Shown: positions 8,636 to 16,876 of the stretch, one piece after another
Numbering within the stretch: the first letter of the stretch is position 1
How the letters are laid out: every line of letters starts with the position of its first letter
NCBI GenBank assembly: GCA_964618005.1
Contig: CAZTZM010000071.1
Span: 1 to 49,270, forward strand
Direction of reading: 5' to 3'
From: an uncultured Myxococcales bacterium
GTDB taxonomy: Bacteria; Myxococcota_A; Polyangia; Fen-1088
Length of the DNA stretch: 49,270 bases
Notes under the pieces: generated by a model
Told to the model about the DNA's origin: nothing
Database searches by the model: none
The model's input: the letters and a program-made list of their open reading frames with translations, nothing else
Program-made: the position numbers and the translations under genes

Positions 8636-10287
8636 GTCGTCGTCTCCAGAGCGCGGAGCTCTTCGGATACCAGCCTCTGCCAGTAGCTCAGATCCTCGCT
8701 GGCAGCCGGGGGCCTTCCGGCGTAGGTCAGCCGATCGGCGTGCTCGAAGACCTCCTGTATCCGCCCTCCCGGCGGTCCCAGGCGCCTCCCCACGTCGGCG
8801 GCGGCGATCGCCTCGGAAGGAATTCCCCACGCCGCACCCAGGCGGGCTTGAAAGGCCTTGCGCGCAGCGCCGAACAATGTGGCCGCGTCACCGCTGGCGG
8901 CCGCCGCCTCGATGGCCCGGCGTTGTCGGGCCACCTCGCGGCTGACCCGCTTGGCCGTCGCGAAGCGCCCCAGGGTGCCGTTGCGGTAGCTTCGGCCGAG
9001 AAATGTCAAAGATAGAGCGGCCAGACCGATCGCCGCCGCCAGCGACCGAAAACAGCGCGTCCGAAACTGCGGCGTCAGGCTCGCGCGTACGCGATCCGGC
9101 AGTGCCGTCGCCACGGTCGACGGTGCCACGGTCGACGGTGCCGCCGGGTCGGTGACGGATGGGCCCACCGATGCCGCCGCGCCCGACGCGGCGGTCGACG
9201 GCGAAGCGTTGACGTCGCCACTGCTGGCAGCGACGGTGATGTGGATAGGCGCCGTGTGGCGGGTGACGTACTTCCGTTCATGGGGATCGAGATATGTCAG
9301 CGTCAAAGCGGGAACGGTCAGGGTTCCAGCCCGGCGTGGCGCGATGGTTTGCGCGAACACCTTCTCGCCCTCCGTGGGCGTGGGCCCGGGCGTGAAGGTC
9401 GACGTCACGCCGTAGGTGCTCAGGTCGTCGCTCGGCGCGACGCCGTTCACGGACAGTCGGGAGAAGCTCCCGCGACCGCGCACGCTCAGCTTGAGCGTGG
9501 TGGGCTCACCGGCGCGAAAGGTGTCACCGGCCAGGCCGGCGCTGACGTCAAACGTCCCCACGGCGCCCGTGAAGCCCGCCGGTGCTCCGGGGGGCGGGTC
9601 GAGGACGCGCAAGCCGCCACTCTGATCCCTCAGCGTGACGTCTCGCTGTCGAACGCTGCCCACGTCATCGAGCATCCCCTGAAAGGGGTCGCGGCCGTTG
9701 AACATCTGAGCGAAGAACGGATCATTGGCGAAGGGGGTCTGTTTCAAGATCGAGGCGAACGGGTCCGTGGAGGCCTGGTCGTCGCCGCCGTCGTCGTCCG
9801 CCCGATCGGGCCTGGCGACATGACGTGGCTGGGGCGCTTCGCGGTACGTGAGCGAGACCGGCAGCTCGATCCCGACCGTCTCTTGGCCCGCCTTGACGGC
9901 CGTGAGGACGCCGGTCCAGGTGAGCGACGTGTAGGGGAGCCCACGCACCTGGATCGCGTTCTGGCGGGGCTTGTCCGGGAGGTCCGAGAGCACGAAGGCG
10001 TCGGACGTGATGCGCGGGAGCCCGTTCAGCGACACGCCGGTGCCTCCCAGGAAGTAAGCGTGGATGGTCACCGGCACGGCCTGGCCGACGTAGAGGCCTC
10101 GCGCGCCGCTCCGATCGGGTTGGACATCCAGCTTGATGAAGGCGCGGGCGGGATCGCGCGCGCCGCCGGTCGAAACGATGGGGGTCCCCGACTGCACGGG
10201 GTGAGCTGAGGCGTGCGCGCCGACCATCAGGATCAGCGTGCCCGCGAGCGCAACGGAGAGACGTCGGATGTTCATCATGGTGGTCAC
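8632..10287 (-). CDS. batD: BatD-family (oxygen tolerance) protein
   Basis: 551 aa with signal peptide MTTMMNIRRLSVALAGTLILMVGAHASA. Large beta-rich periplasmic part, one C-terminal TM (LAAAIGLAALSLTFLG) and a cytoplasmic tail. The position after the VWA/TPR genes is the standard Bat order. ATGA overlaps at both ends. Confidence 0.8.
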   Translation of the reverse strand: MTTMMNIRRLSVALAGTLILMVGAHASAHPVQSGTPIVSTGGARDPARAFIKLDVQPDRSGARGLYVGQAVPVTIHAYFLGGTGVSLNGLPRITSDAFVLSDLPDKPRQNAIQVRGLPYTSLTWTGVLTAVKAGQETVGIELPVSLTYREAPQPRHVARPDRADDDGGDDQASTDPFASILKQTPFANDPFFAQMFNGRDPFQGMLDDVGSVRQRDVTLRDQSGGLRVLDPPPGAPAGFTGAVGTFDVSAGLAGDTFRAGEPTTLKLSVRGRGSFSRLSVNGVAPSDDLSTYGVTSTFTPGPTPTEGEKVFAQTIAPRRAGTLTVPALTLTYLDPHERKYVTRHTAPIHITVAASSGDVNASPSTAASGAAASVGPSVTDPAAPSTVAPSTVATALPDRVRASLTPQFRTRCFRSLAAAIGLAALSLTFLGRSYRNGTLGRFATAKRVSREVARQRRAIEAAAASGDAATLFGAARKAFQARLGAAWGIPSEAIAAADVGRRLGPPGGRIQEVFEHADRLTYAGRPPAASEDLSYWQRLVSEELRALETTT

Positions 10288-12416
10288 CAGTCCTTGAGGG
10301 GAGGGGCATCGCTGTCGGTCGACTGCCGGCGCCGGGCGTCGGCGACCGGCAAGCGTTGCAGCTCGCCCGATACCGAATCGAGCAGCTGTGCCGCCTCGCT
10401 CGGGGTCAGCGCGCCCGGGCTCCGCCGTGTGGTGGCGGGTTGTTCCTTGCCCGTCGGCTGAGCCGGTTGCCCCGCGACAACGCCGGGACCTTTGGGCAAA
10501 GCGTTCTGTCCCTGCTCGGTCTCTGGCGGCGGCGGCGCGAAGCCCTGACGCGCACCACTCTGCTGGTCACGCTGCGCCCCCGATTGACTGGCGGAAGCCT
10601 GCTCCGGGTGATCCTTCTGCTGCTCGCCCTGGTCAGCGCCGCTCTGGCCGCCCTGCTCCGGTTGGCTGCCGGGCTTCCGCGTCTGGTTCTGGCGCGCCTC
10701 GCTCGCTTGCTTCTGTCCGCCCGCCTGCGCCTGTGAACCGCCGCCCTGCGCGCCCGACGATGAGGCTTGCGGCTGCTTCCCCTGGCCCTGATTCTGTGCG
10801 CTCTGGTTCTTCTGATCGGATTGGTTCTTCTGTTGCTGGTTCTTCTGATCGGATTGGTTCTTCTGTTGCTGGTTCTTCTGTTGCTGGTTCTTCCGCTGTT
10901 GCTCTTGTCGCTCCTGCTCTTCCAAGGCAGCCAGACGCCGCGCCACCAGATCGCGGTTGAAGCGTGCGTCGGCATCTTGCGGTCGCAACGCCAGCGCTCC
11001 GTCGTAGGAGGCGACCGCGCTCTTCCACGCGTCGATGGCCGCCGGCCTATCCTTGGCGAGGGACGCTTGCCCCAGCCGGTAGCGGGCGTTGCCGAGGTCG
11101 TAGTACGCGTCCTCTTGCATCGAGAGGTCCGTGGTGTGGGTGGCGTTCTGAAATCGATCCCGCGCGCCCGCGAAGTCCTTCTTGCGGTAGGCGGCGGTTC
11201 CGTCGTTGTAGGTCGACGCGGCGGTCGCTGCTCCTGCGGCCGGTTGAGGTGCCGGCGTGGTGGCGGCCGCCGCCGGACGCGCAGCCGCCACCAGCATGAG
11301 GACGATCGCTACGGCGGCCCCTGTCCCGACGGATCCAATAGGGCGACCCGATCGCGCATCGGCACGCGCCGGGCTGCCGGGGGCCCTCGTCTGGGGCGTG
11401 ACCGCCACCAGGGCGGCCCCGCGGCGCCGGCGCTCCCCCAGGGCCAGCTCCAGAAGCAGGCAGCCGAGTGCGACGGCCAGCGGGATCTGAAACCGCTCGG
11501 TGTAGACCTTGTGCATGCGCTCCTCGACCGTGCGGCGCGGGAGCTGGGCCAAGTGCTGGCTGTAAAGTGTCTCCAGCCCCTGTCCGGCCGAGCCCAGCGG
11601 GGCGTAAGCGCCGCCCGTGATGGCCGCCAGCTGCCGCAGCGTCTGTTCGTCCAGGCGGGAGGTCACGAAGTGCCCGTCAGCGTCGCGCAGCAGCTCGCGC
11701 TGGCCGTCGTGGTCGATCGGAATCAGCTCCCCCGATTTCGTGCCGACACCGACCGTGTAGATGACCAGCCCGGCGTGCGCCGCCTCCTTGGCGGCTGCCA
11801 GCGCCTCGCCTTGAAGGTCCTCGCCGTCGCTCAGGATGACCAGCAGCTTCCGGCGGTCGGGCTCGGTGGCCATCGCCTCGACCGCCGCGCGGATGGGCGA
11901 CGCGATGTCCGTGCCGCCACGCGCGATGACGCTGGTGTCCAGCGCGTCCAGCGCCTCGCCGAAGACGGCGTGATCGATCGTCATGGGCGCCTGCACAAAC
12001 GCCTCGCCCGCGAAGGCGATCAAGCCGACGCGTTCGCCGGGGAACTTGCGCAGCAGATCGCTCACGGCCAGCTTGGCGCGCGTCAGACGGTCGGGGCGCA
12101 AATCGGTGGCGAGCATGCTCTTCGACGTGTCGACGGCGAACATCAGATCGATCCCGTCACGGCGCTCCTCTTCCCAGCGGAACCCGCCGAGGGGTCGCGC
12201 CAGCGCCACGAAGGCCGCCGCGACGCCCGCCAACACCAGCGCCTGTTTCAAAACACGACGTCCCCGGCTGACCGTCGTGACGAAGCGTCCGCCGGCCAGG
12301 GCCGCCACGGCGCGCCGACGCACCCGGCTGGCCCGCGCGAGCAGGACCACGAGTGCCGCGCAGCAGAGCGCGCCGATCCAGAGCCAGTGCGGGTGGGCGA
12401 AGTGAAGGTTTGTCAT
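10284..12416 (-). CDS. batB: VWA-domain plus TPR protein (BatB-BatC fusion) with long Gln/Asn/Lys-rich low-complexity tail
   Basis: Start MTNLHFAHPHWLW at 12416. The track ORF extends further upstream, but that part overlaps the batA end region. VWA MIDAS motif DTSKSM, then TM segments, a TPR region (AYYDLGNARYRLGQ...) and a tail QQRKNQQQKNQQQKNQSDQKNQQQKNQSDQKNQ.... Confidence 0.85.
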   Translation of the reverse strand: MTNLHFAHPHWLWIGALCCAALVVLLARASRVRRRAVAALAGGRFVTTVSRGRRVLKQALVLAGVAAAFVALARPLGGFRWEEERRDGIDLMFAVDTSKSMLATDLRPDRLTRAKLAVSDLLRKFPGERVGLIAFAGEAFVQAPMTIDHAVFGEALDALDTSVIARGGTDIASPIRAAVEAMATEPDRRKLLVILSDGEDLQGEALAAAKEAAHAGLVIYTVGVGTKSGELIPIDHDGQRELLRDADGHFVTSRLDEQTLRQLAAITGGAYAPLGSAGQGLETLYSQHLAQLPRRTVEERMHKVYTERFQIPLAVALGCLLLELALGERRRRGAALVAVTPQTRAPGSPARADARSGRPIGSVGTGAAVAIVLMLVAAARPAAAATTPAPQPAAGAATAASTYNDGTAAYRKKDFAGARDRFQNATHTTDLSMQEDAYYDLGNARYRLGQASLAKDRPAAIDAWKSAVASYDGALALRPQDADARFNRDLVARRLAALEEQERQEQQRKNQQQKNQQQKNQSDQKNQQQKNQSDQKNQSAQNQGQGKQPQASSSGAQGGGSQAQAGGQKQASEARQNQTRKPGSQPEQGGQSGADQGEQQKDHPEQASASQSGAQRDQQSGARQGFAPPPPETEQGQNALPKGPGVVAGQPAQPTGKEQPATTRRSPGALTPSEAAQLLDSVSGELQRLPVADARRRQSTDSDAPPLKDW
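10803..10901. repeat. In-frame tandem repeats (33 nt x2, then 15-18-nt units) encoding the QQKNQSDQKNQ tract
   Basis: 10803-10835 and 10836-10868 are identical (ctggttcttctgatcggattggttcttctgttg). They are followed by ctggttcttctgttg and ctggttcttccgctgttg. Confidence 0.9.
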
Positions 12417-12438
12417 CGTGGTTTGGGCTTTCTGGTGT

Positions 12439-13437
12439 TCACGGGACGCGGCGAAGGGCGGTGGCGCCGAGACCAACCTCGGCGAGGACCAGCGCGAGGG
12501 CCGGAAACGCCGCCCAGGCAAAGCGCTCTTCGTGCCGCTCGAACCTGTTCATCGTGCGCACGGTCTTCTCCAGGCTGTCGATGCGCCCATAGATCGCCAC
12601 CAGGGAATCGGTGTCGGTGGCGCGGAAGAACGCCCCCCCGGTGGCGTCGGCGATCCCGCGCAGGGTCTGCTCGTCGACCTCGACCTCGCCCATGACGATG
12701 CGCTTGCGGCCGGCCTCGTCGACGACCGGGATGGGCGCGCGTCCTTCCGCGCCGACCGCGATGGTGTAGACCTTGATCCCGAGCGCTGCGGCCGCCTTGG
12801 CCGCCAGCGCGGGTTGCACGCTTCCCGCGTTGTTCATGCCGTCGGTCAAGAGCACGACGACCTTCGACTTGGCGTCGCTCTGCCGCAGTCGATTGACCGA
12901 GGCGGCCAGCGCGGAGCCGATCGCGGTGCCGTCCTGGCCGGTTCCGACGGTCACCCGCGAGAGGCTCTTCTCCAGCCAGTCGTGGTCGAGCGTCAGCGGG
13001 CTGACCAGGAACGGTCGCCCGGCGAACGCGATGATGCCGATCCGATCGTTCGGTCGCGCGGCGATGAACTTGGAGACGACCGATCTGACGACCGTCAGCC
13101 GATCGGCCCGCTGGCCGTCCAGCCGGAGGTCGAGCGCTTGCATCGACCCCGACACGTCGAGGGCCAACATCATGTCGACGCCGCTCGCCTCGATCTTGCT
13201 TTTCGCGTGCGTGACCTGGGGCCTCGCCAGCGCCACGATCAAGAGAGCCGCCGCCGGCAGCCGCAGGTACGGCAACAGCTGGCCCAGCCGGGCCCTGGCG
13301 GTCCGGGCCACCGCCCGCGCGGTGGCGACGCTGGCATAACGAACCGCTGCCCGCGGGCCCCGGCGCGAGCGCAGAAACGCGATGGCGGGCAACGCGAGCA
13401 AGAGCCAGAGGAGAGCGGGATGTGCGAACGTGATCAT
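12439..13437 (-). CDS. batA: VWA-domain membrane protein BatA
   Basis: MITFAHPALLWLLLALPAIAFL N-terminus, MIDAS DVSGSM, LLTDGMNN, and a C-terminal TM. Typical BatA. Confidence 0.9.
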   Translation of the reverse strand: MITFAHPALLWLLLALPAIAFLRSRRGPRAAVRYASVATARAVARTARARLGQLLPYLRLPAAALLIVALARPQVTHAKSKIEASGVDMMLALDVSGSMQALDLRLDGQRADRLTVVRSVVSKFIAARPNDRIGIIAFAGRPFLVSPLTLDHDWLEKSLSRVTVGTGQDGTAIGSALAASVNRLRQSDAKSKVVVLLTDGMNNAGSVQPALAAKAAAALGIKVYTIAVGAEGRAPIPVVDEAGRKRIVMGEVEVDEQTLRGIADATGGAFFRATDTDSLVAIYGRIDSLEKTVRTMNRFERHEERFAWAAFPALALVLAEVGLGATALRRVP

Positions 13438-14156
13438 GCGATTCCCTCGCCGCGAACCGCGGCTGTGGTGACCTGCGCCGGAGACGCCGGCGTCGCGGTG
13501 GCGCGAACAAAGGTCTCTGCGCTGACCAGCATCGCCATCCTGTCGGCGGGCGAGAGCGACCAGCCGGCGAACTTGGCGAGATCGCAGTAGCGCAGGAACT
13601 CGCCCAGCGCCCGCCGGTGGAGCGCGACGGGACTCCGGTCCAGCATCAGGTCGGACAAGAGCTCCTCCGTCGTTCGGTGTGCGGCGCGCACCCGGAACGC
13701 CTCCTCCACGTACTGACGGACAATCTCGGAGACCGCGAACGAGAACTGTCGCGGATCGCCTTCGAACATCGTGCCGGCTTCTTCCAGCAGGCGCAGCGCG
13801 CGCTCGTACGGAGGCGCGATCGGCTTACGGCGGCGCGAATAGATGACGAGCGCTGCGAGGACACCGACGCCGATGGCCGCGCCGCCGACGTACCACCAGG
13901 GCGAGCGCCTCTCCGGGATCGTGATGGGACCGTGAATGTCCCGAATGTCCTGCCCCAGGTCGGCCTGTGCCGCGCCCGGGGAATTCCTGAAGGGGGCGCC
14001 GATGGGTGGGCCTGCCGACCGGACCGGCAGAGCCAACGGCGCCGGCACCGCCGCGTCGGCGGCAGAGAGCCCCACGCCGAACAGGCCCGAGCCCACGGCC
14101 AACAAGAACCCAATGCCGAGCCCGACGCCGCGCCGCGCCGCGCCGCGCCGGATCAC
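13434..14156 (-). CDS. DUF4381-domain membrane protein
   Basis: DIRDIHGPITIPERRSPWWYVGGAAIGVGVLAALVIYSRRRKP followed by an alpha-helical tail. Sits in the conserved position between the DUF58 and BatA genes. ATGA overlap with batA; GTGA overlap with the DUF58 gene (GTG start at 14156). Confidence 0.75.
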   Translation of the reverse strand: MIRRGAARRGVGLGIGFLLAVGSGLFGVGLSAADAAVPAPLALPVRSAGPPIGAPFRNSPGAAQADLGQDIRDIHGPITIPERRSPWWYVGGAAIGVGVLAALVIYSRRRKPIAPPYERALRLLEEAGTMFEGDPRQFSFAVSEIVRQYVEEAFRVRAAHRTTEELLSDLMLDRSPVALHRRALGEFLRYCDLAKFAGWSLSPADRMAMLVSAETFVRATATPASPAQVTTAAVRGEGIA

Positions 14157-15094
14157 GCGCTCCTCCTCTCGCGCGACTCGAAGAAGGCGAGCAGCTCCGG
14201 CAGATAGGGCCGCGCGGTGTCGAGGGGCAGGGTCTCGATGCGAAGGCGCCGCAACGCCCGCCGCATCTCGGCGTCGCGTCTGGCGGCCAGCGCCGCGAAT
14301 CGTTCGCGCACCCGCCGCCGTCCGGTGTCCAGGGTGACGACGGCGCCGCTCTCGGCGTCTTCCACGGTCACGAGACCCAGATCGGGCAGGGTTCGTTCCC
14401 GCGGATCGCGCACCTCGAAGGCGACCACGTCGTGGCGGGCGCCGACCGGGCGGGCAGCCCGTTCCAGCGCCGCCAGGGCGGCCCCCGCGTCATCGGGCAG
14501 CTCGAAGTCGGAGATCAAAAACATGACGGACCGTCGCAGGGCCCGCTGACGGACGACATCCAGCGCCGCCGCGATGTCGGTGCCGCGACCCGCCGGCTTG
14601 CAGGTCAAGATCTCGCGCACCACGCGCAGGACGTGGGCGCGACCCTTGGCGGGCGGTACGTGCGCCTCGATGCGATCGCTGAACATGAGCAGGCCCACCT
14701 TGTCGTTGTTCCGCACCGCGGAGAGCGCCAGCACGCAGGCCAGCTCGGCCGCCAGATCCCGCTTGGTGGCCGATCCCGAGCCGAAGTCTCCCGAGGCCGA
14801 CACGTCGACCAGGATCCAGACCACCAGCTCGCGCTCCTCGTGGAACTGCTTGACGAACGGCCGCCCGGCGCGCGCCGTGACGTTCCAGTCGATGGTCCGG
14901 ACCTCGTCTCCCGCCACGTATTCCCGGACGCTGTCGAAGTCGATCCCGCGTCCGCGGAATACCGAGTGGTAGTGGCCCGCCAGGCTCTCGTCGACCAGGC
15001 GGCGCGTCCGAATCTCGATCTGTCGAACCTTCTCCATCACCGATCGGATGCGGTCGGCTTCGATCGGTTCGGTTGTTTTGCCGTGGGTGTTCAT
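14153..15094 (-). CDS. DUF58-domain protein (MoxR-associated, VWA-like)
   Basis: HYHSVFRGRGIDFDSVREYVAGDEVRTIDWNVTAR is the DUF58 signature. Lies directly downstream of moxR. Confidence 0.9.
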   Translation of the reverse strand: MNTHGKTTEPIEADRIRSVMEKVRQIEIRTRRLVDESLAGHYHSVFRGRGIDFDSVREYVAGDEVRTIDWNVTARAGRPFVKQFHEERELVVWILVDVSASGDFGSGSATKRDLAAELACVLALSAVRNNDKVGLLMFSDRIEAHVPPAKGRAHVLRVVREILTCKPAGRGTDIAAALDVVRQRALRRSVMFLISDFELPDDAGAALAALERAARPVGARHDVVAFEVRDPRERTLPDLGLVTVEDAESGAVVTLDTGRRRVRERFAALAARRDAEMRRALRRLRIETLPLDTARPYLPELLAFFESRERRSA

Positions 15095-15118
15095 CTGGGT
15101 TGGCCTTCTGGCGCGGAC

Positions 15119-16204
15119 CTAGGGGATGGGGATGTGGTCCAGAATCGAGGTGACGATCCCCTCGGCGGTGACCCGCTCGGCCTCGGCCTCGTAGGTGACG
15201 GCCACGCGGTGGCGGAGCACGTCCGGGGCGATCGCCTTCACGTCCTGCGGTGTGACGTAACCACGCCCGCGCAGGAAGGCCCAAGCCTTGGCGGCCAACG
15301 TGATGCCGATGGTGGCGCGCGGAGACGCTCCGTAGCGAATCAGGCCGTCCAGCGACATCCCCAGCGCCCGTGGATCTCGCGTCGCCACGACCAAGCTCAC
15401 GATGTAGCGTTTGATCTTCTCGTCGACGTAGATCGCATCGATCAGCAGGCGCGCCGCCGAGATCTCCTCCAGCGAAACGACCTGCCGGACCTCCAGCCGC
15501 GGTGCGCTGGTCGACATGGCCTCCAGGATCCGCAGTTCTTCGTCGGGGCTCGGATAGCCGACGTTGACCTTGAGAAGAAAGCGATCGACCTGGGCCTCCG
15601 GCAGCGGATAGGTCCCCTCCTGCTCGATGGGGTTCTGGGTGGCCATCACCAGGAAGGGCGAGGGCAGCGGGTGCGTCTCGTTCCCCAGCGTGACCTGCCG
15701 TTCCTGCATGGCTTCCAGCAATGCGCTCTGCACCTTGGCGGGTGCCCGATTGATCTCGTCGGCGAGGATGAAGTTGGCGAAGACGGGGCCCTTCTTCGTT
15801 TCGAAGGTCCCCCGCTGCGGGTTGTAGACGAGCGTGCCGACGACGTCGGCCGGCAACATGTCGGGCGTGAACTGAATCCTCTGGAACGTTCCGGCGATCG
15901 CCCCGCTCAGGGTCTTGAGGGAGAGGGTCTTGGCCAGCCCCGGCACCCCTTCCAGAAGGACGTGACCGCCCGCCAGCAGCGCGACCAGCAGGCGATCGAC
16001 GAGCGCGGTCTGGCCAACGATGACCTGCGCCAGCTCATGGCGCACCGCCTCGACCCAGCGCGCGTGTTCATGAACGGAGCGTTCGACCGCCTCGAGCCGA
16101 GGCGGCGGGGCGCCGATCGGTTGGCGCGGAAGAGAATCGGTGAAGAGCGGGCCCGGCGCCGGCTGCGCGTCGGCGTGAGAAAGCTTGCGATCGGTGGTTT
16201 GCAT
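15119..16204 (-). CDS. moxR: MoxR-family AAA+ ATPase
   Basis: Walker A LLEGVPGLAKT and Walker B ILADEINRAPAKVQSALLEAMQE. Start MQTTDRK at 16204 is preceded by GGAGA 7 nt upstream. The track ORF starts 13 codons earlier. Confidence 0.93.
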   Translation of the reverse strand: MQTTDRKLSHADAQPAPGPLFTDSLPRQPIGAPPPRLEAVERSVHEHARWVEAVRHELAQVIVGQTALVDRLLVALLAGGHVLLEGVPGLAKTLSLKTLSGAIAGTFQRIQFTPDMLPADVVGTLVYNPQRGTFETKKGPVFANFILADEINRAPAKVQSALLEAMQERQVTLGNETHPLPSPFLVMATQNPIEQEGTYPLPEAQVDRFLLKVNVGYPSPDEELRILEAMSTSAPRLEVRQVVSLEEISAARLLIDAIYVDEKIKRYIVSLVVATRDPRALGMSLDGLIRYGASPRATIGITLAAKAWAFLRGRGYVTPQDVKAIAPDVLRHRVAVTYEAEAERVTAEGIVTSILDHIPIP

Positions 16205-16553
16205 CGGCTGTGTCTCCTCGGGATTGCCTACGGAGACCAGCATGGACGCCTGGGCCTTCAGAGACCTTTCCGCAACATTTCAACTGTGTAATGTCGGCAT
16301 CTTTTCATCGGCGAGGCCACGTTTAGCCTTCCCCGATCCAGGCGTGACGAGACTCAAGCACGCGCCGCACGAGAAACCTGGCGCCATCCGCCGCGCTTCG
16401 GACGTTCTGACTGCCGCCTGCCTGTCGCTGAGCGAAATGCAATCTGGGGCTCGGCGCGGCGTTTCGATTTGCAACCCAGGTGGTCGCCGTTTGCGATCGA
16501 TGCGACCGAGAGCCCCCGGGTATAGCGGCACCCCGCTGACTGGCGCGGCGACT

Positions 16554-16569
16554 TGGCTCGTCGCTTGCT
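16554..16569 (+). promoter_or_regulatory. Candidate sigma54 (-24/-12) promoter
   Basis: TGGCTCG-TCGC-TTGCT matches the consensus TGGCACG-N4-TTGCW with exact GG/GC spacing and one core mismatch. It is intergenic and faces the PAS-GAF kinase and a Shine-Dalgarno (SD)-preceded ORF at 16606. Confidence 0.35.
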
Positions 16570-16876
16570 GAAACGAATAGTGGTCAATGAACGCAGGAGA
16601 GAATCGTGACGAAGGCAAGTGGTCTGTCGCCCGAGCCGTGTCTGGTCGTGGACCGGAAACATAACGGCGGCTGTTCGCCGCGGTTACTTTTCTTACGACG
16701 TAGTCGGTTCGCAAGGACGTGGCTCTACTCACCCTGGCCTCTCGTCGCCGCCTCGTCAGACGCTCGACAATCAATTGCGCGTGACGCTTTGAAGATCCAT
16801 TGCTCCTTACATGTCCGCCGCCTTGTTCTCGCTCCCCGGACTTAGCGGCGGAATACATCACGATCAGGAGGCGACC

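Noticed and set aside
16446-16517. tRNA-sized element with a 7-bp acceptor-like stem, and a 5' end resembling the tmRNA 5' region (GGGGCU...UUCGA...UUUGC.AACCCAGGUG)
   Set aside because: There is no T-arm (no GGTTCGA-type loop with a complementary stem), no D-arm or anticodon-arm geometry on either strand, no 3' tRNA-like domain, and no plausible tag reading frame ending in hydrophobic residues. I kept it only as a possible generic structured element.
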